The notes: generated by a model from the letters alone, not told the origin. Positions 38,691 through 51,959 are shown, numbered from the stretch's first letter. The stretch is DNA of 64,000 bases from Octopus sinensis (GCF_006345805.1 NC_043015.1:21018001-21082000), one strand, 5' to 3'. Translations and numbers: made by a program.

Positions 38691-39060
38691 ATAGGGTGGT
38701 GGGGGTGGCCATCCGTGTAATTCTCGGTCTTTGAGTCACTTCGTAACTTCTGCCGCTTAAGATTTACACATACACATTTATAGGTACATAACTTGTGACG
38801 AGGGAGAGAATGAAATCAAAATTGAGAGGGAGGTATTGAGGAGGAGAGAGTGGGGATGAAAAAAGAGAGGGATATATAGAAAGTGTTACAGGGAGTGAGT
38901 CGCTCCTCGATTAATGTAAAAAAATGATCGTCTTAAGACAGCTGCTTAGACAAGAAGTAACAAATTAACAACGCAAGTATTTGTAACTTCTGTCTTCAAC
39001 ATGCATCTCACTCTCTCTCACTAGCGATATTGGATGTATCGAAGCGCAACTGGTAAAGCG

Positions 39061-39110
<50 letters not shown>

Positions 39111-39113
<3 letters not shown>

Positions 39114-39398
39114 GGAGTGGTTGTGTTGTGAGTAGCTTACTTAGCAACCACATGGTTCCGGGTTCAGTTCAACTGCGCGGTAACTTGGGCAAGTGTCTTC
39201 TGCTATAGTTTCGGCCGACCAAAGCCTTGTGAGTGGATTTGGTAGACGGAAACTGAAAGAAGCTCGTCGTAAGATTTCTCTTGAATGAAACAGTTCTAGT
39301 CCTGTAGAAGCTCCTTCTATATAATAAATTAATTTTACTCTGCTATGTATTGAGTACCTTATTTACTGTGGTTAACCCCGAATCAACCCGGGACCTAC

Positions 39399-39449
<51 letters not shown>

Positions 39450-39628
39450 GCATATGTTTGTGTGTCTGTGTTTACGCCTCCGTCACTTAGCGGTTCGGTA
39501 CAAGAGACTGATAGAATACGTACTAGGCTTACAAAGAATAAGTCCTGGGGTCGATTTATTCGACTAAAGGCGGTGCTCCAGCATGGCCACTGTCAAATGA
39601 CTGAAACATGTAAAGGAATCAAAGAATA
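39111..39628 (+). mobile_element. SINE, family A, interrupted (head/core 39111-39269; tail ~39445-39628)
   Basis: GCAGGAGTGGTTGTGTTG...GGTTCCGGGTTCAG...GGATTTGGTAGACGGAAACTGAAAGAAGCTCGTCG; tail AAGGCGGTGCTCCAGCATGGCC. Confidence 0.88.
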
Positions 39629-39743
39629 TATTTATATCTTAATTACTGCCTGTATATATTTTTGATATTTTAAACAACACCGCCATCATCTTCATTTCTC
39701 TCTCTCTCTCTCTCCCTCTGTATGTGTATGTATGTGTGCGTGC

Positions 39744-40106
39744 CTTCTTGCTTCAGTGGTTAGACTGCGGTCATGCTGGAGCACCGCCTTGAATGATTGT
39801 TTTTTTATCGAACGAATGAATCTCAGTACTTTTCTTTCATAAAATCTGGTGCTTATTCTATCATTCTCTTTTGCCAAACTGCTAGAATACGAGGACGTAA
39901 AGACCCCAGCACCGGTGATGGCACACGCACACATGTATATACATGCACACACTTAACGCGCTTCTTTCATTTTCTGTCTACCAAATCCACTCATAAGGCT
40001 TTGGTCGGCCCGAGGTTATAGAAGACACTTGCCCAAAGTGCCACGTAATGGGACTGAACCCGGAACCATGTGGATGGGAAGCAAACTTCCTATCGTACAG
40101 CCACGA
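39744..40106 (-). mobile_element. SINE, family A, near full length
   Basis: CATGCTGGAGCACCGCCTTGAA tail and CTACCAAATCCACTCATAAGGCTTTGGTCGGCCCGAGG...GGGACTGAACCCGGAACCATGTG head. Confidence 0.9.
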
Positions 40107-40194
40107 TATGCAACTGGTAAAGCACTCAGTACACACGTATAAGTAGATAAGAGTCACTTTTTAAGATCTTAGAAGCTTCACCGACCACATGATT

Positions 40195-40199
40195 CAATG

Positions 40200-40294
<95 letters not shown>

Positions 40295-40480
40295 GATGGA
40301 TGGATGGATGGATAGACAGACAGAGATAGCTGGCTTGATAAACAGAAAGAGAGAGAGGGAGATAACTAGATAGACAAACAGATAGACAGATAGAGATAGA
40401 TAAGTAGAGAGATAAAGAGACGAATAGACAGACAGAGTTAGATACAGATAGAAAGATAGACAAAAAGACAGACAGATAGA
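40195..40480. repeat. (GATA)n/(GACA)n microsatellite
   Basis: Directly visible. Confidence 0.95.
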
Positions 40481-41139
40481 TATTCCGACCTTTGTTCAGT
40501 TGTTTTTAACAAACATTCATATTAGATTTTCTAATGAATCGACATTTATTAATCACATCTTCCTGAAGATTCTCGTTGATTAATTTTTAATTATCCTTGG
40601 ATTAGAGAGGAGAGAGAGAGAGAGAGAGGGGGGAGAAAGAGAGAGGGAGAGAGAGGGGAGAAAAAGAAATTATGAGAAAGTGAGAGTGGGGTAGACAGCA
40701 ACAAAAATCTGGTTCGAATTAAAACTAATGAAGAAAAAACGCTTGTGGTAGATAGACCTGTTAGAAATAGTAGTGAAGTCTGCAGCAAATCATCTCCAAC
40801 ATATGTCTGTAATAATTAGGATTGCATTACGCAACAGACATAATAATATGTCTGAATATAAGACAATGATTAATACGGTTGAACTCTCTCAACTATTAAT
40901 GTCGGCTAAAGCAGATGGAGTGAGAGGAGACAACAATAACAATATCGAAGCTGATTACAACAACAAGATAAGCTGGTACTAAATTTAGTAATATAGCATA
41001 GATTAGATACATAATCTTTAATCCTATTGTTTGTATCGATTGATTTGAATAATTTTTGTTGGTCAATTCCATCTGATCACCTATCTGTTCAATTAAGTTT
41101 GATGTGTAGCACATCAACAACAGCATCGGATATATTCTT

Positions 41140-41764
41140 TTCTATTCTATTCACAAGGCCCGAAATTTTGGGGTAGGGGGCAAATCGGTTAGATCGACCC
41201 TAGTATGCAACTGGTACTTAATTTATCGACCCCGAAAGGGTGAAAGGCAAAGTCGATCGCGGAGAAATTTGAACTTAGAACGTAAAGGCTGACGAAATAC
41301 AGCTAAGCAATTTCGCCCGGCGTGTTAACGTTCCTGACAGCCCGCCGCCTTAGCATCGGATATATTTATTGCCCACTGTGGACTAAACATAAAGGGACAG
41401 ACAGAGGGATTAAGTCGATAACATCGACCCCAATGCGTGACTGGTACTTATTTAATCGACCCCGAAAGGATGAAAGACTAAGTCGACCACGGCGGAATTT
41501 GAACTCAGAACGTAGCGGCAGACGAAATACCTATTTCTTTACAGCTCACAAGAGGTTACACACAGAGGGGACAAACAAGGGCAGACAAACAGATTAAGTC
41601 GATTTTATTGACCCCAGTGCATAACTGGTACTTATTTAATCGACTCCGAAAGGATGAAAGGCAAAGTCGACCTCAACAGAATTTGAACTCAGAACGTAGC
41701 GGCAAACGAAATACTGCTAAGCATTTCGCCCGTCGTGCTATCGATCCTGACCGCCCGCCGCCTT
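41140..41764 (-). mobile_element. Three tandem family-B SINE units
   Basis: ACTGGTACTTA...ATCGAC.CCGAAAGG.TGAAAG...AGTCGA...AATTTGAACT.AGAACGTA occurs three times; heads end at ~41350 and ~41764. Confidence 0.92.
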
Positions 41765-42897
41765 AGCATCGGATATATTCTCGGCAACAATGCGATTTCT
41801 GTGAAAGTTTATTAGGGCGCGCAAGGAAACACACATCCACATACAAGTAACCGCAAATATAAACACAGACCTGTATAAAATACTTATATACACCCATTTA
41901 TCTATATCCATTTATGTTATATGAGTGTATAGACAATCAGGGTCATTTGATACCCTCTAATATTTCTCTCGTTCATTGTTTATGTGCATGAGCTTACTCC
42001 TCTATGTGTATGAAGAGAGGCAAAGTTGTGTTAATCGGTTTCAATAAAGAAATTGCAATGTCTATCTGACCTTGGTGTCGGACCTGGTAGGACTGAGCGC
42101 AGGACTCCTTGATTGTGAAGTAGACTTCTTAATTATACAGCCTGCGTCTATAACCATGTCTGCACTTAGCAAACTGGAACGCTAATATACTCGATAGGAG
42201 AAGGAATTTGCTTCTAAGAGGAAACGTGATGCACCCAACTACAATCTCCCGTCTCTGCAACTGCAGAAGCTGCGATGTAGACATATGTATAAGCATATAG
42301 TTTCAAATCTTATTGTTATGTTTCATAACAAGAAGCAGGCATTGAACGATATTTTATATAGAAAAATCCAGGAGTATCTAGTTTAAAATCATTCTTGTGT
42401 TCCGGGGCCAAATAACGGTGTCATAAACAATAACTTCTGACACAATTCTGTTGGAGTTTGGAAGCAATAAAATAATAACACAAATAGATTTACGTTTCTT
42501 GTCAGAGTTTCTCGTTTGAAATGCATCGTTTTGTTGTTGTTGTTATAGTTTAGCTGCTGACCATCTTTGAACAGACATTTTTAGCAGTTTCAAACATAAT
42601 GCTTTTTGTCTATTTTATAAGTATAGCATATCGAGGGCTACATTATCCAGTGTCTTATATTTTTAATTAATGAGGGTGTAATTAGAAATATATATGGGGA
42701 TCAGGGATTAATGCCAAATCTAATCAGTGGGAAAGGGTTTGGATTTAAATTGAAACCGAAAAAGAAGAGAAATATTAATGTACTTAGTATTAATTGATCA
42801 AAATTTCGATGAACGATCGAAGGAAAGAGTTTCAGTTTCTCGGACACGCAGTGTGCCTCGGTTAAGGTGTGTTATATGCCGGAATATTTGAATTGGT

Positions 42898-42947
<50 letters not shown>

Positions 42948-43610
42948 CATACGTATGTCACGAGCACTTTCCAAAATTAAATCCTCAAAACACGAATATG
43001 CTGCAGAAAAATGTATGCAGACACAAGCATAGCTATATCCAGTTAGCTGCAGTGAAAAATGATTGTTGGTATTAATCATAAAAGAGACATAAAACCAAAC
43101 CTTTTAGCTTTTAAAATTTTTGATAAAATGTTTAAATGAACGGCGATCATAAATATAAGTTGTTGGTATAATGGCTACAGCACAATATTTAACTTAAACA
43201 AAAACTAAACAATATTTTCCTAAGAAAATAAAAAGAAATAATTAACTGTTAACGCGACACTTTTGAATATATTAATAAAAAAAAAATGTTATTATAATGG
43301 CCGCCGTTGCGGATTATCAGTTTTCCAAGCTGGGTTCACCATACGAAAGAGATGGGAACCGCTCTTACAGTAGAATTGCCGACAATAAAATCACTTGAGT
43401 GGCTCAAACAACAATGTTGCGCAAACTATCTCGAGAGGTCATCTTCCATTTTCATTTCTCGTGAAGCGGAGATCAATAAAACTACAAAACTATTCAATCG
43501 GTTATAGTTCATATATTCTGAAAATTTGCTGATTGTGTCAATATGAGAAGGTGAGCGTGAGTATGTATGTGTGTGTCAGTGTGAGTGTATACACACGCAT
43601 ATATATATAT

Positions 43611-43652
<42 letters not shown>

Positions 43653-45419
43653 ACGTTGCATGACCGAGCACTGCGTCACAATGTTCTAGTTTATATTCCT
43701 GATATTGAATTTAATTTATATCCTCATGAACTATTTTATTAAGATTTATGTTAGCCATGTTGTGCCAAAACAATATTTCTTTGTTCTTTTTCTTTCTTTC
43801 TGTTTTTGTTTGAATATGATGAATATGTCAGTAACAAGAGGTGACATTTGCGCTAATCTTCAGAGAGAAAAATTCTTTTCGGATGAAATTTAAAACAGTG
43901 AAAATACACAGACAACCTCGTGTACATTAGGTTGTGTTTCATACAGCAAAGAAGCAAGATCTACAGTCGTTCGAGCTATTCGAAATAGTAACCATATCGG
44001 ACCTGGATGTACACACTGCTGTCATAGAATAAAGGACAGATTAAATAATGTACAAGGTGCGACAGAAAACCTGCCTTAAAATTTTTTGCCTCACACGGCC
44101 GCTTGCGAAGTTAGGCAGTTGACAACAGTGTCTACATGTATCTTATGTTCCAGTTTCTTTTCTTATGATAGTTTGAAGCGGAGCTCACATTTGTTTTTGA
44201 AATATTTACGAATAGTGTATCTGGGAGATTTTATCATACACCCCACCTTTTTTTGCATACTTTGTAGTTCTCTTGCGTTACTCTGCTTAACAGAAAACGA
44301 GAGGGACATTTATGGAATGCCGTTAATTCATGGGTTGTTACTAACTACAATTTCGATTCCTGTAAATAACTCACATAGTAGGATTTTAATAGCAACAGGA
44401 AATTAAAAAATGATATAAATTTTAGAATTATTATCCACAGTGTGGTCTACCTATCTAACCCAAATGCCTTGTATATGACACAATATCGTCTTAGAATAGG
44501 ATACGTTGGATGACACGGGACCTAGGTTCCTTGTATATAGGGAAATGAAGGGATCACCATGGCTAAGATACTTTCTTTCATAGGTCTAGTCGATCTCGGT
44601 TAACCTAGAGTTAAAGCAGTATACACCCCCCCCCCCCCCCAAAAAAAAAAACAGAAAACAAAAACAAAAACGAAAGTGGGTCTGTGCAAAGGATTGAAAC
44701 AAAATCTAGTAGCATATGAAGATACTAAGTTAAGTTATTCCCAATGTTGAAATGTTCATTTGCAGCTCCGATAATCCTTTCCACAAAGCTGTGGGACTTC
44801 CTAAAAGCACATGCACTTATGCGTTTATAAAAAGGCAACTTACAAAGGATTATATATACACACAAGCAAGCGAGCATGTGTATATAGTTACATACACACA
44901 TATACAAACAATATTTGCGCACGCACTAATGAGGGAAAATAGGTGACCTCTTGTCCTGCTAGAAATAACTGTCAAATTTTTCCCATATCACAACTTAACG
45001 TCTTAAAATATGAAAATATAAACTACTGGATTGTGTAGACAAGGTCAGTATGTCCCCTAGGAAGGATGGGGGTTTAATTCTGGGAGTAGGAAAGGATTTC
45101 AAACTAACTTGAGAAATTAGTATCTAAAATCAAAATGGCGTTATATTTGTTCAATGTTATGACGAACAAAGAGTTTTAAAGATGCAGAAACTTTTCTATT
45201 CAATAACAAGGAGGGAGGATTAGAGTAACATATGAAGATACTTTGGGGGTGGGGTGGGAGAGGGATGTATCTGAGGGTTTGTTAGTTTCAATAACTAAGT
45301 AGAAGAAAATGCGATTGATCATAGCTGACCCAGGACTTCTGGGGTTAAACAACGCACTACACACACACACACACACACGCATATATATATAAGCAAATCA
45401 AAATTAAACACAGGAAAGA

Positions 45420-45600
45420 CAGCAAAAGTCAAACGGACGTACACAGTGTACGTATAGGACTGGCGCTCAGAGGAGTTTTAAAAGAGAAAAAAGTGAGGCT
45501 GTGACGTTACGAACATAGGTCTTCGTTAAAACGAGGTAAAAGGCCGGAGAGAAGGAAAGGAAGAATCCGAGAGAAGCATGTGTGTCGTTATATGGCTGAA
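45420..45600 (-). repeat. Probable Penelope-like-element-derived repeat with a degenerate hammerhead-like motif
   Basis: Minus strand TTAACGA-A-GACC-tat-GTTC-GTAAC-GTC (45503-45529). Confidence 0.35.
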
Positions 45601-45960
45601 ATATAATATGTGTGTGTGTGTGTGTGTATTTAGATATACACACATAGTAAACACACTATTGTAAGTACACATAGCACATGTATATAGCCACATATATTGT
45701 ATGAGCTTGCATGCATATCTTTCTATCTATCCATACACATAAAGTTATATATGTTAACATAGACTGCGACAGATTCACAAATGAAAAGCTATCTATATAA
45801 ATGTGTGTGCATATTTGTATGTATAAATATGAGAAGATGTGTGAGCGTACATATGTACATATCTGTGTGTACACACATACTTATTCTGTATTCCGTAGTT
45901 TTCATAAACTGATGTATGCATCGAAATAGATTTTATCACACCCACAACTATCTATCATCC

Positions 45961-46010
<50 letters not shown>

Positions 46011-46429
46011 CTTTTCTATTTTTTTATCTGTCTAAACACACGTTTATTCTTGAGTTAACTTTTACGAATGGCCTGCTCAAAAGCTTCTTACAATCGGGTA
46101 CTTCATTTATCGTTTCCATTTTGTCGACTTGCTCAGTGTAACAAGAAATACATGTTTACACTGCTAAACATGCCTACACATACTGCTTCCTCAAAATTTC
46201 CATGCACCAAATTCAGCCACAAAACATTGGTAAACGCATGATAATAATAGAAATCACTTGTCTATGTTGCCGCGCATTTGGGTCGATGGTCGGCCATGCA
46301 CCTTTGTAGGGAAGTTCTGAACCACACAAATATGACTAAGTATATATGAACATGCACCATATATAGAATGTCCTCATGGGGACACAGAGACAATTCTATA
46401 TTCAAAGAAAAGGAGAGGAAGAGAAATAG

Positions 46430-46685
46430 TGACAGTGTAGAATCGTTAGAGCGCCGCGAATAGAAGTGGCGCCATTTGTGATATGTCTATATTCTGAGTT
46501 AAAATTCCGCAAAGGCCATCTTTGCCATTCATTCTCTGCGGCAGTCGATGGAATTTGGTACCAGTGATGTACTGGGTTAATGGCATCGACTTTGCTCGTA
46601 ATTCATGGTCATGTCTAAATCGGGAACGTTTATCATATTGGTCCTTGATCAAGGTTTCATAGCGAAACCTCAGAATTGGGAAAAG
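46430..46685 (+). mobile_element. Degenerate SINE, family B
   Basis: AGAATCGTTAGAGCG...ATTCTGAGTTAAAATTCCGC...GTACCAGTGATGTACTGGG. Confidence 0.6.
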
Positions 46686-47372
46686 GCTAAATGGAGTCGC
46701 AATGAGGAGAGAGAGAGAGGGAGAGATACAGAGAGAGGGGCTGGAAGGAGAGCTGGGGGAAAAGGCGAGAGAGAAGGAGAAAAAAAATAGAGAGGGATAT
46801 TGGAGGGAGACGGAGAGACGAGCGAGATGGAGGTAGAAAGGAAAAAGAGAGAGGGTCGGAGGTAGAAATGAGAGAGATAGAAAAGAGGAGGAGAAAAGAA
46901 AGAGAATGGAAAGAGAAAGAGGGGTATGGTTCGAGAATGATGGCCACTACGTAACTGGCAATGTAGCAATCTAGAATGGAAAGCAGTCTACCTCGGTAAG
47001 ATTTTAATTCATGAGAGAAAGAGAGAAACTCTTATAAAATACAGCAAGTCCTGCTCTCCCCGATACTCTACCAACTCATTCGCCCACAGAGAAACATGTA
47101 CAAAACCCATGTGCAGAGGCACGTCCACTTATATGTGTTTACAGAGATCTTCACATAATGCATTCATATATATATATGTGCGTGTGTGCTGTGTGGTAAC
47201 CTTACAATCTTAATTTGTGCAATCGAGTTATTTATTCCCTGAGAGTGCTCTGCAACTAATTAGATTGGGGAGCTATGATCTATGTCTTTCTGAAATTAAT
47301 GAGCGGAAATAATGAATCTGGAACATACATAAAGAAAATGTTTCTGTCGCTATGTACATCTAGTGTGTGTGT

Positions 47373-47413
<41 letters not shown>

Positions 47414-48050
47414 CGTGTGTGTGTACGCGCATATATGAATCTCATACGTTGTGTATGAACGGATCGATGTATGGATCTTATGATTGATGATTCACGCCTG
47501 GAACTCGTTTTATGATACATAGGTCCGCGTGTTTAAGGCTGAGCTGGGACTTAGCTGCTGCTGGTGCTGCTGCTACTACATATGCTAACGCACATCGACA
47601 CATACGCACACATAGCAGATACCCACAGATGTATACTTTGAACAATACACAGTACTTATCAGCGAGTAAATAAGGGCGGCTGCGTGGTTACCCAGCATGC
47701 TGAAAGTAGTGCCAACATCTCAAGTTATACGCTACAGTTATACGCTCAAGTTATACGCTACAGTCTCATAAAGAGAACGATTTATTAAATGATGCCATTA
47801 TACACACACAAATGAGTTGACAAACGAAAGAAGCAGGCACTTAACACATTTAGTTGGGAGAAACATGTATTATCAAAAACAGTTTGATTCGGTTCCATGC
47901 AAGTTACAGTTTCGTTGGCTCCTCACAGAAACCTAGTTCGTCGGTCAACGACTGCAACAAGAGTGTGTGTGTGTATGTGCGTGCATGTGTATGTGTACGC
48001 GCGCGCTCGCACGCACTGCTGTATCAGCGCCAAGCAATATTTAAGCAGAA

Positions 48051-48662
48051 GCGAACTTTACGTTAAAATATGTTTGTGACATGTTGCAACTTGTATGGGC
48101 AAATTTACTGCAGCAACCGTGGAGGAAAAAAACCTAAACATTCTCTAATCTGCCCAGTGGTGCCCTCTATCGGATTCCCACACCAATGAGAAATACCAAA
48201 TATGGGAATCCGTCAGGATGCAACACTGCACGGATGAGGTGTTTTAATTCATTTTTGTCCTAAGAGAATTTTTTGCCTGCGGTAAACTGCAGTGAATTTC
48301 CCTTTAGAAGCTGAAATCTGTCAATAAACATTTTTGACTAAAGTTTGGTTATACCAAACCACAGCGGATACTGCTGAATTCCTTCCGTTCAGGCACTCCA
48401 ATAGCGCAACTCAATGTTGTTGACTCCACTTTAGTTAAAGCTACAGCTGTATATCTGCCCAGAATTACCTCAATTGGGTTTCTACCATTGAGGAAGGCTG
48501 AAGAGCCAGGATCGCTGTGTCTGGGAATCCTATGAACGGCAACACAGGGTAGACATTCTGTTTTTGCACTTGTTACTACAAGAGAGCTTTCCCTCCACTG
48601 TTACTGCACTAAATTCGACTTTAGAAGTTGATATCTGTCACAAATATTTAACTTTAGTTCGC
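48051..48662. mobile_element. MITE with ~130-bp imperfect TIRs (same family as 5433-5797)
   Basis: Left GTTAAAATATGTTTGTGACA...AATTTACTGCAGCAACCGTGGAGG pairs with right CCTCCACTGTTACTGCACTAAATT...TGTCACAAATATTTAAC; inner GGATTCCCA / TGGGAATCC. Confidence 0.75.
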
Positions 48663-48700
48663 ACATCATCTATCTATCTATCTATCTATCTATCTGTCTA

Positions 48701-48756
<56 letters not shown>

Positions 48757-48794
48757 CCCATCTATCTATCTATCTATCTATCACATAACAATCT

Positions 48795-48955
48795 TGCCGC
48801 AGTCGTTGGCCTGCAGCCATGCTGGGGCATTTCCTTGAAGGGTTTAGTCGAACAAATCGACCCCAGTACTTATCTAAATTTGGTCCTTTTTTCTATAGGT
48901 AGCTTTCACTGAACGCAAAGTTGCGGGTAATTAAATAAACAGTGGTTGTCAAGTG
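48795..48955 (-). mobile_element. SINE family A tail
   Basis: GCAGCCATGCTGGGGCA...TTGAAGGGTTTAGTCGAACAAATCGACCCCAGTACTTAT. Confidence 0.7.
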
Positions 48956-49224
48956 GTAGGAAAGAAGGACTAACACTGCAGAAATACCTGTCGAGCACAT
49001 TGCACAGTAGTTCAAGAGGTAGCTTTGTTATAGGATGTTATACGGATTCAGTCGGAGAATTGTGTGTCTGCGGAATATGCATCCATTTCTGTGTTGATTC
49101 AGCTGTAGAGAATTCGGTTGATCGAGCAACAGAGTCCGCATCATGGAATGATGGAGATCCACCCTTATCTTTCCGTCTAGCTGTATGCATGAATGTTTGT
49201 GTGTTCTTTTGTTTTTGTCATTAA

Positions 49225-49480
49225 AACGCGGCCATGCTGGGGCACCACCTTGAAGAATTTTAATCGGACGACTCGTCCGCAGTAAACATACAAACATTGA
49301 GCGGTTGTCGAGCAGTGTTCACACACACACACACACACACGACAGGCTTCTTCTAATTTCCGTTTACCAGATCTACTCAAAAGTCTTTAATCAGCCTGAG
49401 GTTATAGTAGAAGATACTTGCCCAAGGTGCTGGACATTGACAGGACGTGATGTTAAGTTAAGAACCAACCACTTTAGCGA
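49225..49480 (-). mobile_element. SINE, family A
   Basis: GCGGCCATGCTGGGGCACCACCTTGAAG tail, then CTTCTAATTTCCGTTTACC...GAGGTTATAGTAGAAGATACTTGCCCAAGGTGC. Confidence 0.8.
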
Positions 49481-50105
49481 AATCTGGTACTGAAGATTAG
49501 CATTCTTTTTCTGATGATGTTCAAAGAAGACTAGAAACTTGTCCGGTCAGTACTGCATTTTCTGTGCCCACAATTATTTAAAAACCTGTGGTATGACCAC
49601 CATTTTCTTTCTTTTTTCTTTCTTTTATTTGGTTTTGCGTGTCACAGGTCAAAGAATCCCATTTTTATTAAAAATGTAAAACTTACATTTATAACTGTTG
49701 AAAGTACGGTGTTATGCATTCTATATTGATTAGTTAATCTACGTTTTTGTATCTGGCTCGCAAGATGATATGAATTCGTGTGGTGAAACAAACTTTGCTG
49801 TGTCGAGGGAGGGTCATTATGCCAATATCAATAACATACGCACTGTTTCAATTCCTCACCTTTATTGTTGGTCAATTGGTTAAATATCTAAGAAATCGTT
49901 TAGACAGTCACGGAAGTTAGCTTGACCATTTTAGCCGGGTGTTGCGCACTATCTAAAGTTGTTGGTTATGGAGCGAGATCGCTTCCTTGATAAATGTTTA
50001 ACATGAAATCAGTCAAATAGCAGTTTTTCTATACACAAACATTTAAATCCTATTTAGTTCTCTAGCGATCAGTAAACTTCATGGTTGTGCCTATATCTAT
50101 GTATC

Positions 50106-50180
<75 letters not shown>

Positions 50181-50235
50181 ATATATATATATATATACAT
50201 ATATATATACATACAGACACACACACATGCACACA

Positions 50236-50445
50236 CGAGGGTGTGCTGAAAGGTTCTCGGCTTTGGGTAAAGAAAATATAGGAGTATCAGTTTATTATAA
50301 TTTCATTCAACTGTTTCATCCCCTTCTCAGATTCACACATCTATTGCAGCGGTCGTTTAGTTTTCTAAGCCCTGTAAAAGAACTCGGAAGGCTGGGCCTC
50401 CGATCAGGCCTTTCGCGACACAATTTAAAGCCCAAGAACTATATA
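50236..50445 (+). mobile_element. Mariner-type MITE, right TIR degenerate
   Basis: Starts CGAGGGTGTGCTGAAAGGTTCTCGGCTTT (mariner-like TIR); partial complement AAAGCCCAAGAACT at 50427-50440. Confidence 0.55.
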
Positions 50446-50561
50446 GTTATGTACAGTCAAGATCTATCTATCTATCTATCTATCTATATATATATATATA
50501 TATATTATATATTTACATACTTATCTATCAGTCTCTCTCATTCCTCCTCTCTCACACACAC

Positions 50562-50606
<45 letters not shown>

Positions 50607-50725
50607 TATATATGTATAAATTTAAAATGAGGGTAAGAAATTGGATATTAATTTAATTAACATCAATTTAACACCAGTGGTCTAGCATATTAAAATCTGA
50701 AAGTTCAGTAAATTGTATTATATAC

Positions 50726-50955
50726 ATATGAGAGAGATGACTACTATGTGGACAACCCATATGCTAGAAGTAGATCCGTTATGGTTTTACCACTAAGAAA
50801 AGTTCACAAGACAAATTTAGCAAACACCAGAACGTTAGCTCGCTTACGTTCTGGTGTTTGCTAAATTTTTCTTGAAAACTTTTCTTAGTGGTAAAACCAT
50901 AGCGGATCTACTTCTAGCATAAGGGTTGTCCACATAGTGGTTATCCCTCTCATAT
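50726..50955. repeat. ~230-nt near-perfect hairpin (arms ~110 bp, loop ~10 nt)
   Basis: 50726-50835 is the reverse complement of 50846-50955 with scattered mismatches. Confidence 0.95.
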
Positions 50956-51180
50956 ATATATATATAAAGAAAACAAAATGACTAAGGAATACATGTTTAT
51001 CTTATGAGCTTCAATAGCTTACAGCTGTTTCTGCTGTAAGATACATTGGACTCTCATAAGTTGAGTGTCTGAAAAACACCTTATAGCTTTATCGGAACAT
51101 CGGATATGAAGTGCAATTTTTGATAGGGAATAGAATTACAGTTGTGCTTATATAGGAAAGGGCATCAAATATAAGATACA

Positions 51181-51269
<89 letters not shown>

Positions 51270-51959
51270 TTCTGTCTATGAATATACACACGCATACATA
51301 TATATCAGTCTATCAATATACATACACATCTATCTATCCATCCATCTCTCTCTCTCTGTATCTCTCTATCTCACACACACACTCAAACACACACACACAC
51401 ACACATACATACACACGCACGTTTCTGTTTACAAAAGGAGAAATGTACTCAATAGATAGAGTGCATATCTTTTTATTTGACGCCGATGCATCTTGAATAG
51501 TTGTTCCAAATTTCAAATTGCTGACGTGAAACTGACAGTGACGATACCAGAATCACCCACCGCGAACATGGGTTTTGTGGGAGACGGGTGTGTGATTCCA
51601 CATTAAAAGAAAAGTGGATGGGGGAGATAGAGGCAACAGGATTACCATTTTATCAATAAGAGTTACTTGACAATTAATATTAAATCTTCGATCTCATCTT
51701 ACACATACAAACAAACGCGCACGTATGTGCAAAAACCCGACAATTTAAATGCAAACACACACACAATTGGCATTGATACAATGCATGAAAGAGAAGAGAA
51801 TGTGTGTGGTTGTTTGTGTGTGTGCCTAAAGTGCGGGTTCCACTTCAAAGAATCCTTCCTGCCGTAATTCTCTGAGCGAGACCGTACTTTCGTCTGTCTA
51901 TCCCTCTCATACTAATTTCGTCTCTGCTTTTGCGTTTATCTCTTCTTTCTCAGGTTAGC

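Noticed and set aside
43294-43395. Short ORF MAAVADYQFSKLGSPYERDGNRSYSRIADNKIT
   Set aside because: 33 codons, no good donor site and no recognisable homology.
47719-47764. 26-bp local duplication (CTCAAGTTATACGCTACAGT twice)
   Set aside because: Ordinary slippage event within a decayed repeat.
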